A stretch of 64,000 bases of DNA, taken from positions 3,072,001-3,136,000 of the forward strand of contig CBDBDQ010000005.1 of NCBI GenBank assembly GCA_965203905.1, in the 5' to 3' direction. Position numbers and translations under genes: made by a program. The first letter of the stretch is position 1. Each line of letters begins with the position of its first letter. This stretch comes from Spirochaetia bacterium. GTDB taxonomy: Bacteria; Spirochaetota; Spirochaetia; SZUA-6; Bin103. Below the pieces are notes generated by a model. It made no database searches. It was not told the DNA's origin and saw only the letters and a list, made by a program, of their open reading frames with translations. Below, piece after piece: positions 1 through 9,857 of this stretch.

Positions 1-582
1 GACCCTCGCCGGGGCGGTCGTAGGGCTCGCCGACGAAGTACTCGTCCAGGAACAGCAGCGCGCCATCCACCGTGTACAGGTCCTGCTGCAAATGGTGGCC
101 CTTGCCGGCGCGGGCATTGGTGATCTCCTTCACCGTCGGCCACTTCCCCGTGCCCGATACGTGCGGCCGGCGGCCTGCCGCTGCGGCTCGCCGGTTCGCG
201 GCAGGCGCATGTTCACCGCGATGTCGCGCCCGATGCGCTCGCGCCAGCCGTGCATCTGGTCGTAGCCGAGGAAGTGCATTTTGCCGGCACAGACCGGGTT
301 GTAGCCGTAGTTGGCAAAGTGCGCGGGCATGGTGAGCACGTCGCTCGGCAGCGGCGTGTCGAAGCCGGTGCAGCCGTTGTGCCGCGGGTAGAGGCCGGTG
401 AGGAAGCTCTGCCGTGCGGGCACGCACACCGGCGCCGGGGTATACGCCGAGCGGAAGTAGGTGCCGCCCTCGATGATGCGATCCAGGGTGGGCATGCGGA
501 TGTGGGGGTTGCCCTCGACCGCCATCACGTCGGGCCGGTGCTCGTCGTCGATCAGCAGCAGAATGTGCGGTTTGTCGCTCAT
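1..582 (-). CDS. Sulfatase (choline-sulfatase-like); runs off the window edge, apparent frameshift near 190
   Basis: MSDKPHILLLIDDEHR…PVCVPARQSFLTG (CxPxR) and GKMH. The protein-like continuation (WPTVKEITNARAGKG…LFLDEYF) is in another frame down to position 1. Confidence 0.8.
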
Positions 583-658
583 GGTTCTGGCCACCACCTT
601 AGGTGTTGCCGCTGCACCGCGCAATGCGTTGCGCTGGTCTTGCGTCACTGTGTGCACC

Positions 659-760
659 GTGAAGTCGATCACGACTCACAAGCTGGATGACGATCTGGCC
701 CGTGAACTGGAACTGCATGCTCGGCGTGCAGGGGTGTCGATCAACCGGTTGACGACTACT
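659..760 (+). pseudogene. N-terminal remnant of a ribbon-helix-helix (FitA/VapB-like) antitoxin
   Basis: GTG start, VKSITTHKLDDDLARELELHARRAGVSINRL (RHH pattern), after which similarity is lost. Confidence 0.55.
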
Positions 761-1042
761 CGTGTCCCACGTGGATGGCAAGGCGCGGGGGTGTGCCGTG
801 CCAGCTCGATGAGAGCAGCGCCGAGATCGAGAGCCTCGTGGTAAACAGCGCTGTCGTGGCGGCGGTACCGGCGCGCGTCTGGTGAGCTATCTGCTGCCGC
901 AGGCGCGGGCACGCACCTGGTGGTGGAGTCGGTCGACCTTCATGGAGCAGGTATTCACCGAGGCGTCACGGGAACCGCGGACTGGTCGGCGTCACCCTTC
1001 GTGGTGGCACACGAGGAGCCGTGCCAACGATCGACCTTTTCA

Positions 1043-1320
1043 CTATCTCTTCTTGAACAGAACATGTGCCGCAAAACCCCTTCGGGTCGATGAAGGTGCC
1101 CGCGGATAGGTTACTATCGCGCGATACACATCACGTATCTTTTGGTACACATCGATCCGGCTGAAGGTAGCGCCCGGATTGTAATCGGCTTCTTCTCGCA
1201 ACTCCTTCATGTTCCGTAAGCGGTGCTAGTCGCTCTTCTGAGGAGAGCCTGACGAGGGCGCCCAGTATCGTCATGTTCCGCTAGAATCAATGCTGCGGCC
1301 AGAAGATGTATGGGATTCAC
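1043..1320 (-). pseudogene. HEPN-domain protein with internal deletion and frameshift
   Basis: Manual translation: VNPIHLLAAA…GRPRQALLRRATSTAY joined out of frame to MKELREEADYNPGATFSR…HVLFKKR*. Start overlaps the upstream stop (GTGA). Confidence 0.7.
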
Positions 1321-1676
1321 TCGTCAGACACCTGGGACAGCTCTACGGACAGCTCCTCTAAACGTCTCTTGAGATACTTCATGTCTTGATCGGTATACTT
1401 GGTCTTGTCCAATCTGTAGAGCACCGAGCAATTCTCTTCGAATAGGTCGTCAACTTCTGAGTGCCAATCATGGTCATACCAAAGGGGATCGTCTATGATC
1501 TCCGTATCTCCATCAAATACAACCGAGATTTGTATAAACTGCGAGCCGTCCATATCGGTCTTTCTCTGCGCCGAGACAGTCGGAAAGGATGCTTTGTCCT
1601 TGAAATGAGATTCAAGCAAGTTTCGCGTCAGGTTCTCCGCTTCGGCCAAGCGATCTTGAGTGCTGGCTTTGTCCAT
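1317..1676 (-). CDS. Hypothetical protein, probable partner (possibly MNT-like) of the HEPN gene
   Basis: 119-aa lower-GC ORF containing TDMDGSQFIQISVVFDG, coupled to the HEPN remnant. Confidence 0.55.
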   Translation of the reverse strand: MDKASTQDRLAEAENLTRNLLESHFKDKASFPTVSAQRKTDMDGSQFIQISVVFDGDTEIIDDPLWYDHDWHSEVDDLFEENCSVLYRLDKTKYTDQDMKYLKRRLEELSVELSQVSDE

Positions 1677-1937
1677 TGACCTCTCCGCACCGAAATGTAC
1701 TATACCTCTTTGTTAACCGCAACTGTTGAACGCCAATTGCGCCCGTGCGGAGTTCGATGTTCTTTCCATCGCCGCGAGGGCATTTCACGATTACCTGGGG
1801 CTCGGCAGCCCTGAGATTCGTTTCCTTGGCGCCAACGCCGTCCAGGTGACGGGTAGTAGCGCACGACTCAAGCCCAACGTCCGTTACTCCGTGAGGGGGC
1901 ATCTGCAAGAGAGTCGCCTCGGGCCCTCCGCCAAGCC

Positions 1938-2010
1938 GGCACGCCGCTGCCCATGAACGACGTGTGGATCGCTGGGCCCCGTGTAGGAGCCTGCTCGTTT
2001 GGAGCAGGTC
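1938..2010 (+). pseudogene. C-terminal remnant of a VapC/PIN toxin
   Basis: ggc acg ccg ctg ccc atg aac gac gtg tgg atc gct = GTPLPMNDVWIA, a typical PIN motif, followed by a stop. Confidence 0.6.
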
Positions 2011-2017
2011 TGGCTGC

Positions 2018-2046
2018 TTGACCGCTTGCGGGCTGGGCCGTAGAGT
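2018..2046 (+). promoter_or_regulatory. Putative sigma70 promoter for the Ldh2/GGT genes
   Basis: TTGACC-N17-TAGAGT, followed by AAGGAGG RBS before ATG 2065. Confidence 0.45.
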
Positions 2047-2064
2047 CGGCGCCAAGGAGGCATC

Positions 2065-3150
2065 ATGGCGCTTCCGGGAACGACGCAACGATTCACCGCC
2101 GGTCACCTGCACTCGATCACGCGGCGGATGTTCTCTGCCGCGGGCGCCCCGCGCTCCATCGCCGACGTGGTAGCCAGTATCCTGGTCAACGCCAACCTCG
2201 CCGGCCACGACTCCCATGGCGTGCTCCGCATCCCGGAGTATCTGGGTCTCGTCGAAGATGGCCGCTTGCAGGTGGATGCCGAGCCGACGGTACTGGCCGA
2301 GACCGCTAGCACCCTGCTCATCGACGGCAACCACGGCTTCGGCCACTACACGGCGCGCCACGCGATGGAGCGGGCCATCGAGAAGGCCCGGCGTTCGGCG
2401 ATCTGTTGCGTGAATCTGGTGCGCAACGGGCACCTCGGCCGCCTGGGCGAGTACGTGGAGCAGGCGGCGCAGGCCGGCTGCATCGGCATCGTTACCGCCG
2501 GCGCGGGCCGGGCCGGTCACGGCGGCATGACCCCATACGGCGGCGCGCTGGGCGCATTCGGCACCAATCCGATCGCCGTTGGCGTCCCGACCGGCGACAG
2601 CGTCCCGTTCGTCATCGACTATGCCACCGCCATGATCGCGGAGGGGAAGGTGCGCGTCGCCCGCAGCAAGGGAGAAGACCTGCCGGAGGGCTGCATCGTC
2701 GACCGCCACGGGATGCCGAGCGTCAAGCCTGAGGACTTCTACGACGGCGGCTACCTGCTGCCGTTCGGCAACCACAAGGGCTACGCGCTGGCGCTGCTGA
2801 CCTGTCTCCTCGGCGGGCTGTCGGGCCGCTTCGACGTCGAGCACGGCGCGATGGACGGAGCCTACCTGCAGGCGATCGACGTGGCCGCGCTGACACCCCT
2901 GGAATCCTATCAGGAAGGCGTGCGGGCGTTCCTGGACGGCATCAGGCGGACGCCGCCGGCGCCCGGGTTCGACGCGGTGCTGGTCCCGGGCGACTTCGAG
3001 CATCGCTCCCGCAGCGAGCGCCTGGTGCATGGTATCGAGGTGCCGGACGCGATCTACCGGCAGATCGAAGAGTGTGCCGCCAAGCTCGACGTGGGGCTCG
3101 GCGAGGACGCGATCGCCGCGTCGGACTTTGAACGCTACGTGACGAAGTAG
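2065..3150 (+). CDS. Ldh2-family (malate/L-lactate dehydrogenase-like, YbiC type) oxidoreductase
   Basis: GHDSHGVLR, DGNHGFG, HLGRLG, GTNPIA, FGNHKGY motifs. Confidence 0.92.
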   Translation: MALPGTTQRFTAGHLHSITRRMFSAAGAPRSIADVVASILVNANLAGHDSHGVLRIPEYLGLVEDGRLQVDAEPTVLAETASTLLIDGNHGFGHYTARHAMERAIEKARRSAICCVNLVRNGHLGRLGEYVEQAAQAGCIGIVTAGAGRAGHGGMTPYGGALGAFGTNPIAVGVPTGDSVPFVIDYATAMIAEGKVRVARSKGEDLPEGCIVDRHGMPSVKPEDFYDGGYLLPFGNHKGYALALLTCLLGGLSGRFDVEHGAMDGAYLQAIDVAALTPLESYQEGVRAFLDGIRRTPPAPGFDAVLVPGDFEHRSRSERLVHGIEVPDAIYRQIEECAAKLDVGLGEDAIAASDFERYVTK

Positions 3151-3197
3151 GCGCCGACGATGCTCCCTCGCGCACGAGATCGGGGAATCGCCACGGC

Positions 3198-4850
3198 GTG
3201 AGTTCCGTGGCCCCGCACGGGATCGAGTATCCGGCGCATCGGCCCTCCGTAGCCGGGCTCAACGGCATGGTGGCGTCGGGGCATCCGCTCGCCTCCCAGG
3301 CCGGCGTGCGCATCATGCAGGCGGGCGGCAACGCGATCGACGCGGCGATTGCCGCTGCCGCGGCGGTGGGCGTGGTGGAGCCGGCCATGTCGGGCGTCGG
3401 CGGCGACGGCTTCGTCCTGATCTACGACGCCGCAACGGGGCGGCCGTACGGCGTCAACGCCACCGGTCCGGCGCCGGCAGGCGCGACGCGCGAGCGGTAC
3501 CTGGATCGCGGCGGCATTCCCCTGCACGGGATGCTGAGCGTCTCCGTGCCGGGGCTGGTCGACGGCTGGCTGCTGGCGCAGCGCCGCTTCGGCAAGCTGG
3601 ACCTCTCCCAGGTGCTCGCCCCCGCGGTCGAGCTGTGCGAGCGCGGCTTCCCGGTGAGCCACAAGCTGGCCGCGACCCTGGAGACCGAGTACGCGTCGCT
3701 GGCGGAAGATGCCGCCGCCGGGGCGGTGTTCGCGCCGCGCGGGGGACCGTTGCGGGCCGGAGAGCTGCTGGTGCAGCAGGATCTGGGCACGACCCTGCGG
3801 CGGATCGCCGAGCAGGGGCGGGCGGCGTTCTACGAGGGCGCGATTGCGCGCGCGATAGGGGAGGCCGGCCGCGCCCACGGCGGCGTGCTGGTCGAGGACG
3901 ACCTCGCCGCCTACCACGCCCGCTGGGACGAGCCGATCCACGTAGACTACCACGGCCACCGGGTGTACGAGATGCCGCCCAATTCGAGCGGCCACGTCCT
4001 GCTGCAGGCGCTCAACCTGGTGGAACGGTTCGACCTCGGTGCCATGGGCTGCCTGTCGGCCGACGCGATCCACCTCATGGTGGAGGCGATCCGGCTCGCC
4101 TTCGCCGACCGCGAACGGTACCTGGCGGACCCCGACTGGATCGCCGTGCCGCTCGACGGCCTGCTGTCCAAGGCCTACGCCCGCCAGCGGGCAGCCGCGA
4201 TCGACCTGGAGCGGACCACACCCGACGTCGGCCCCGGCGACCCGTTCCGTACGGACCAGACCGGCGACACCACCTGCCTGTGCACCGCCGACGGCGCGGG
4301 CAATGCAGTGTGCCTGCTGCAGAGCATCCAGACCGCGTTCGGCTCCTGCGTGATCGCCGGCGACACCGGCATCCTGCTCAACAACCGCATGACCTACTGG
4401 CACCTGGAGCCGGGCCACCCGAACGTCCTGGCGCCGGGCAAGCGGGTCCGCCACACGATGAACCCGGTCATCGTCACCCGCGCCGGCCACCCCGTCATCG
4501 TGTGCGGCACGCCGGGGGCGGACACCCAGGTGCAGACCAACCTGCAACTGCTCACCAACGCCATCCACTTCGGGATGACCCCGCAGGAGGCGGTCGAGGC
4601 GCCGCGCTGGCGCAGCCTGCAGAACCCGATGGAGTCGACCGTGCCGCACACCTGCGAGGACCGGCTGGAGCTGGAGACGCGTTTCGCGCCGGCGGTGCGG
4701 GCGGCCCTGCAGCGCAAGGGGCACCGCATCCGGACCGTCGGCCCCTGGGGCGGTCCCGGCAACGCCCAGTTCATCCAGATCGATCCCGCTACCGGCGCCC
4801 TGCTGGGCGGCTCGGACCCGCGCCGCGACGGCTACGCGGTCGGCTTCTGA
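3198..4850 (+). CDS. ggt: Gamma-glutamyltransferase family protein
   Basis: GGNAIDAAIA, SGVGGDGF, catalytic GDTT, GTPGAD, GGSDPRRDG. Confidence 0.93.
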   Translation: MSSVAPHGIEYPAHRPSVAGLNGMVASGHPLASQAGVRIMQAGGNAIDAAIAAAAAVGVVEPAMSGVGGDGFVLIYDAATGRPYGVNATGPAPAGATRERYLDRGGIPLHGMLSVSVPGLVDGWLLAQRRFGKLDLSQVLAPAVELCERGFPVSHKLAATLETEYASLAEDAAAGAVFAPRGGPLRAGELLVQQDLGTTLRRIAEQGRAAFYEGAIARAIGEAGRAHGGVLVEDDLAAYHARWDEPIHVDYHGHRVYEMPPNSSGHVLLQALNLVERFDLGAMGCLSADAIHLMVEAIRLAFADRERYLADPDWIAVPLDGLLSKAYARQRAAAIDLERTTPDVGPGDPFRTDQTGDTTCLCTADGAGNAVCLLQSIQTAFGSCVIAGDTGILLNNRMTYWHLEPGHPNVLAPGKRVRHTMNPVIVTRAGHPVIVCGTPGADTQVQTNLQLLTNAIHFGMTPQEAVEAPRWRSLQNPMESTVPHTCEDRLELETRFAPAVRAALQRKGHRIRTVGPWGGPGNAQFIQIDPATGALLGGSDPRRDGYAVGF

Positions 4851-4859
4851 CCTCCGGTA

Positions 4860-4985
4860 TCAGCCCACCCTACTGGGTTCCTGGTACAGGGGAGGCGTGT
4901 GTTCAATGCCAATGAGTCCGTCGATAGAAAGATCTTCGTCGATTTGCGGCCAGTGAATCCCGTATCCAGCAGGTGAGACAACAGA
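4860..4985 (-). pseudogene. C-terminal fragment of a DUF2442-family protein
   Basis: Manual translation SVVSPAGYGIHWPQIDEDLSIDGLIGIEH…*; no start codon. Confidence 0.7.
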
Positions 4986-5001
4986 GCCGTCAGGGGCGTG
5001 G

Positions 5002-5841
5002 TCAGGTGAAGCTGACGCCGGCGATTTGGGGCCACTCCGCGACCGGCGGCGGTGGGCCGTTGCCGCCGCCGTCCACCGTCTGATCGAAGTCGACCACCGA
5101 GCCGGTCATCATGCCGGACTCGTCGGACGCCAGAAAGGCAACGGCGCGGGCGATCTCGTCCGGCTTCAGGAGGCGACCGAACGGCTTCGATGCCTCGGCG
5201 GCCTCCAGCCAGCCGTCGGTGGCGCCGTGGTAGCGGCGCTGGATCGTGTCCTCGGCCGGGGTATCCATCGAGCCAACGTGGATGGCGTTCACCCTGATTC
5301 GACTGTGCATCACCGCGTAGGCGACGTTCTTGGTGAGGGCGTCGAGGGCGCACTTGGACATGGCGTAGCTCATCAGGAACGGGGGACCGCAACGGGTCAC
5401 CACGCTTGAGATGTTGACGACCGAGCCGCTCACCCGCTCGCGCTGCATCAGCCTGATGGCATCCTGCATCAGCAACAGCGGCGCGCGTGCGTTCACCGCC
5501 ATCATGCGATCGAACCCTTCCGGGCTGGCGCTCCAGATGCTGTCGCGATCGGTGACCGCGGCGGCGTTCACCAGCACGTGCAGCGTGCCGAAGCGCTCGT
5601 CGGCGGTGGCGATCACGCGGCGGCAGTTGGCCACCTCGGCAAGGTCGCCGGGCACGTAGTACGCCCGGCACCCGCTCGCCTCCAGGTCCGCCGCTACCGC
5701 CTCACCACGCGCTACGTCGCGCCCGCTCAGCACGATCCCGGCGGCCCCGCGCGCCGCGAACAGCCGCGCAACCGCCTCGCCCAGCCCCTGGCTGCCGCCG
5801 GTCACCACCGCGTAACGCCCCTGCAAGGAATCCTGACTCAT
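5002..5841 (-). CDS. SDR family oxidoreductase
   Basis: [17 protein letters not shown] (YxxxK). Confidence 0.92.
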   Translation of the reverse strand: MSQDSLQGRYAVVTGGSQGLGEAVARLFAARGAAGIVLSGRDVARGEAVAADLEASGCRAYYVPGDLAEVANCRRVIATADERFGTLHVLVNAAAVTDRDSIWSASPEGFDRMMAVNARAPLLLMQDAIRLMQRERVSGSVVNISSVVTRCGPPFLMSYAMSKCALDALTKNVAYAVMHSRIRVNAIHVGSMDTPAEDTIQRRYHGATDGWLEAAEASKPFGRLLKPDEIARAVAFLASDESGMMTGSVVDFDQTVDGGGNGPPPPVAEWPQIAGVSFT

Positions 5842-5895
5842 GGCAGCGCTACCATAGCCGGGCACCACTGCGTGGTCAAAACCGGCCGGCCGGCG

Positions 5896-7091
5896 TCAGC
5901 CGTCGGCCACCTCGAACGCCGTCACGTTGCGCGTCTCGCGGCTGAACTCCACCCCGATCAGGTGGATCGGCTCGCCCCGGTCCCGGTACTTCGCCGCGTA
6001 GCCCCGCTCGCGGAGTTGCGCCAGGGCCGCTCCCGGGGACGCCATTTCGACCACCTTGAACTCGAACAGGTGCACGTGTCCGCCGGTCGTCACCGCCATG
6101 TCCAGCCGGCCGTGGCTGCTCGAATCCTCGACCACGATCTCGTATCCCAGCGCGGCGAAGTAGGAGTAGAACACGCTGGCGTAGAATCCCTCGTAGTGCG
6201 CGATGTCGTTGTTGGTGTACCAGTGGTACGGAATGCTGGCGAAGAAGGCGTGGAACAACTCCTTCAGTCCCGCACAGTCGTGCGCCGCCAGCAGCCGTTG
6301 CAGGCGAATGCTGTTCGCCGTCTGTTGCTCGCCGTCCTGCACCAGATGCTGCAGCAGACACTCGTTCAGGCTCTGCCGCACCTCGCGGTTGGGATAGCCC
6401 AGCCGGTACAGCGCCTTGCCGCCCAGCTCCTCTTCCCCGGTGATCGTCAGGTAGCCGGTCTGGAACAGCAGCGCCTCGGTGCCGATGTGCTCCACGTCGA
6501 ACGTAGACAGCAGCGCCTCCGTGCTGACCGTGTGGTCCAGCGATACCGACGTGACTCGCCGCTCGAACAGCTTGTCCACCAGAAACGCCGGCGTCCCGGT
6601 CTCGAACCAGTGGGCGGCGAACTTGCGGCGGCGCAGCAGCAGCAGCACGTCGTACGGGTTATAGACTCTCTCCGCGCCCAGCCAGCTATAGCCGTCGTAC
6701 CACTCGCGCACCCGCTCCCGGTCCAGGCCCCCAGCTCCGGGGCGAACACCGTGTCCAGATCGCCCTCCGTGTACCCGCAGATCGACGAGTAGACCGGATC
6801 CAGCGTGAGGTCGGTGAGATTGTTCAACTGGGAAAAGAGGTTCACCTTGGAGAACTTGCTGATGCCCGTCAGAAACGCGAACTCGACGTGCGCGTCGCTG
6901 TCCTTGATCACCCCGTACAGCCCGCGCAGGTAGTCGCGGTTGGCGCGCGCCACCTCCGGCTTCTCCAGCGCGTCCAGGATCGGCTTGTCGTACTCGTCCA
7001 CCAGCACCGCCACCCGCCGTCCAGCGCGGGTATGCAATGTCCTGAGCAGATGCGCGAACCGCTCCGGCCCGGTGGCGTAACGCACGCTCAT
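5896..7091 (-). pseudogene. AAA-ATPase-like / PD-(D/E)XK nuclease protein, 5'-truncated, frameshift near 6730
   Basis: VLVDEYDKP, FLTGISKFS, YNPYD, WFETGTP, GRLDM…FEFK. The N-terminal RPRRFGKS Walker A is absent. Confidence 0.85.
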
Positions 7092-7135
7092 CGCCGGTTG
7101 ACACGGCGCAAGCGCTGCTCAATGAATGGCCAACC

Positions 7136-7870
7136 ATGGTTCCCAATCAGATTCTGCAGCGCGTAGCCCACGGTGAGAAGGCGCTCGGGTTGCATCTCAC
7201 CGAGCCGTCCGGGCTGCTGGTGGAGCTGGCCGGACGCTGCGGACTCGATTTCGTGAACTTCGACGCCCAGCACTCGCCGGTGACGCCGGCCGACATCGGC
7301 GAGATGTGCCGCATCGCCGACCCCTACGGCGTGACCGTCGCCCTGCGCATTCCGGACGGCGCCGAGAGCACCATCCTCAGCTATCTGGATCGCGGCGCGC
7401 GCCTGATCATCGTGCCCAATCTGCTGACCGCGGCGGAGGCCGCGGAGCTGGTCAAGTACAGCTACTTCGCCCCGCTGGGACTGCGCAGCGCCACCAGCAT
7501 CGCCACCATGCACGGCCAGGTGGACGGCGATCACGTGGGCCTGTTCCAGGAGGTGAACGCCAACACCATGGTCGTGCCGCAACTGGAGAGCATCGTCTCC
7601 CTGGAGAACCTGGACCAGATTCTGGCGGTGGACGGCATCGACTACTTCGGCGAGGGACCCGAGGACATGGCGCAGAGCCTGGGGCTGACCGGAGAACCGC
7701 AGCACCCGCGGGTGGCGGAGACCTACGCCAGGATCGACGAGAAGCTGCACGCGGCCGGCAAGCGGATGCTGTCGGAGGTGACCGAGAGCATCCCCGTGTT
7801 CAACCTTGCCAAGCAGACGATCGCCGAGCTGCTGGAGAAGCACGGCCGGCCGAACAAGCTCGGCTGGTAG
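7136..7870 (+). CDS. HpcH/HpaI aldolase/citrate lyase family protein
   Basis: DAQHSP, LDRGA, PLGLRS, QLES, GPEDM. Confidence 0.88.
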   Translation: MVPNQILQRVAHGEKALGLHLTEPSGLLVELAGRCGLDFVNFDAQHSPVTPADIGEMCRIADPYGVTVALRIPDGAESTILSYLDRGARLIIVPNLLTAAEAAELVKYSYFAPLGLRSATSIATMHGQVDGDHVGLFQEVNANTMVVPQLESIVSLENLDQILAVDGIDYFGEGPEDMAQSLGLTGEPQHPRVAETYARIDEKLHAAGKRMLSEVTESIPVFNLAKQTIAELLEKHGRPNKLGW

Positions 7871-7871
7871 C

Positions 7872-8798
7872 ATGAGCGACGCCGAACGTGCGGCCGCGTG
7901 GCGCCGCGACGGATACCTCATGGTGCGCGACGCCCTGGCTCCGGAGTACCTGGATCCGATTCGCGCCTTCATCGCCGAACGGGTGGATGCGTTCGCCCGG
8001 GAGCGGCGCGCGGCGGGCGAGATCGCCGCGCTGCACGAGCGGGAGCCGTTCGGCCGCCGCTACGCCGCCATCCACGAGGAGCTGTCCGGGAGTGAGCAGC
8101 CGCGGCAGCCCCTGTTCGCCGCCGGCGACCTGTGTACCCGCGGGCTGTACGACCTCTACACCCACCCGGCGATCACCGAGGTGCTGCGGGTGATCGTCGG
8201 TCCGGAGGTGACCCTGCACGGCATCTCGGTGATCCGGGTCAAGCTGCCGGAGGACTCGCAAGCGGCGATTCCGTGGCACCAGGACAGCCACTACTACAAT
8301 GAGCACAAGCGCGGCAGGTTCGAGGCCAGCACCGAGCACATGCGGGTCGTGACCACCTGGGTGCCGCTGGTGGATTCCAATCTCGACAACGGCTGCCTGT
8401 GGGTCATCCCCGGCAGCCACCGCTGGGGTTTCCTCTCCGGCGCCCGCGGCGCCAGCGGCCACGTGCTGATCCCGGAGGACGTGGAGCGGCGCGGCAACCC
8501 CACGCCGCTGCCGATGCGGCCCGGCGACCTGGTGTTCCTGACCAACCTGACGCTGCATGCCAGCACGGTGAACCGCACTGACCGCGTGCGCTGGAGTCAC
8601 GACTTCCGCTTTCACCCGACGGCGGCGGCGACGCCGCCCGGCACCGCGGAGCGCGAGGCGACCGATTACCTGGACGCCAAGTCGCGCAGTTACGGCACCG
8701 AGCCGCTGCGCGTGCTCAGTGCAGGCCCCACGCCGACCTGGGAGGAGTGGGAGCAGACCAGCCGCGCGCGCCGGGAGGCCCTGGCGCGGCCGGCGTAG
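7872..8798 (+). CDS. Phytanoyl-CoA dioxygenase (PhyH) family 2OG-Fe(II) oxygenase
   Basis: PWHQDSHY, NGCLWVIPGSH, LHAS…NRTDRVR. Confidence 0.9.
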   Translation: MSDAERAAAWRRDGYLMVRDALAPEYLDPIRAFIAERVDAFARERRAAGEIAALHEREPFGRRYAAIHEELSGSEQPRQPLFAAGDLCTRGLYDLYTHPAITEVLRVIVGPEVTLHGISVIRVKLPEDSQAAIPWHQDSHYYNEHKRGRFEASTEHMRVVTTWVPLVDSNLDNGCLWVIPGSHRWGFLSGARGASGHVLIPEDVERRGNPTPLPMRPGDLVFLTNLTLHASTVNRTDRVRWSHDFRFHPTAAATPPGTAEREATDYLDAKSRSYGTEPLRVLSAGPTPTWEEWEQTSRARREALARPA

Positions 8799-8809
8799 GG
8801 AGGAGACAC

Positions 8810-9751
8810 ATGGCAGACAGAATCGGCTCCGGAGAGTTCACCTACGAGGTGGAGACCGCGTGGGCGCGGTTGCCCGACGGGTGGATCATCAAGGACACCC
8901 CCGACGTGCTGGTCGACGACGCGCACGACCGGGTGTACCTGTTCACCCGCTGGAAGCATCCGATAATGGTGTTCGACCGCGCCGGCAACTTCGTCACCAG
9001 TTGGGGCTCCGACATCTTCACCAAGGCGCACGGGCTGACCATGGGCCCCGACGGCCACCTCTACTGCGTGGACGCGTTCGGCCACTGCGTGCGCGAGTGC
9101 ACCACCAAGGGCGAGGTGCTGCGGGTATGGGGGACGCCGGACCGCAGCTCCGGCCACTACAGCGGCAAGCCGTTCAATGGACCCACCAAGGTGGCCTTCG
9201 ATCCGCACACCGCCGACATGTACGTCGCCGACGGCTACGGCAACGCGCGGGTGCACAAGTACTCCGCCGCCGGCGACTACCTGTTCTCCTGGGGCGAGCC
9301 GGGGCAGGGACCGGGACAGTTCAACCTGGTGCACAGCGTGCAGACCGATCGCGCGGGCAATGTCTACGTCGCCAGCCGCGAGGGGCACCGGGTGCAGGTG
9401 TTCGACCGCGACGGCACCTACCGCAGCGAGTGGACCGCCGGCGTGCACCGCCCCAACGGCTTCTTCATCTCGGCCGGCGGCCGCGACCGGGAGCTGGTCT
9501 ACGTCGGCGAGGCGGGGACCGGCTTCCCCGAGAACGCCGGGATCCGCGGCTTCGGCGAGTGCCTGGCCATCTTCGAGCTCGACGGCACCTGCCTGGCCCG
9601 CCTCTACCACGACTCGCCGCTCATGAAGGGGCCGCACGGCATCGGGGTCGACGCCGAGGGCAACGTCTACCTGACCCAGGTGCTGTGGGGCAAGGGTCCC
9701 TGGATCGACCCCATGGACCAGCAGATGATGATCCGCCTGCGCCGGGTGTAG
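8810..9751 (+). CDS. NHL-repeat protein, peptidyl-alpha-hydroxyglycine alpha-amidating lyase-like
   Basis: YVADGYGNARVHKY, GPGQFNLVH, HRVQVFD. Confidence 0.85.
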   Translation: MADRIGSGEFTYEVETAWARLPDGWIIKDTPDVLVDDAHDRVYLFTRWKHPIMVFDRAGNFVTSWGSDIFTKAHGLTMGPDGHLYCVDAFGHCVRECTTKGEVLRVWGTPDRSSGHYSGKPFNGPTKVAFDPHTADMYVADGYGNARVHKYSAAGDYLFSWGEPGQGPGQFNLVHSVQTDRAGNVYVASREGHRVQVFDRDGTYRSEWTAGVHRPNGFFISAGGRDRELVYVGEAGTGFPENAGIRGFGECLAIFELDGTCLARLYHDSPLMKGPHGIGVDAEGNVYLTQVLWGKGPWIDPMDQQMMIRLRRV

Positions 9752-9857
9752 CCTTCACACGACCCTCCTGCCCGCGGGGTCGCAACGGGTCGCCTCGCCT
9801 TGCGGCCCGATCTTGACAGGTAGCTTGAGCGCGCGGTAAAAGAACCCGCTTTACCAA

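Noticed and set aside
4861-4873. REP-like GTAGGGTGGGCTG (minus strand)
   Set aside because: Single arm, lies within the DUF2442 remnant, and no other copies noticed.
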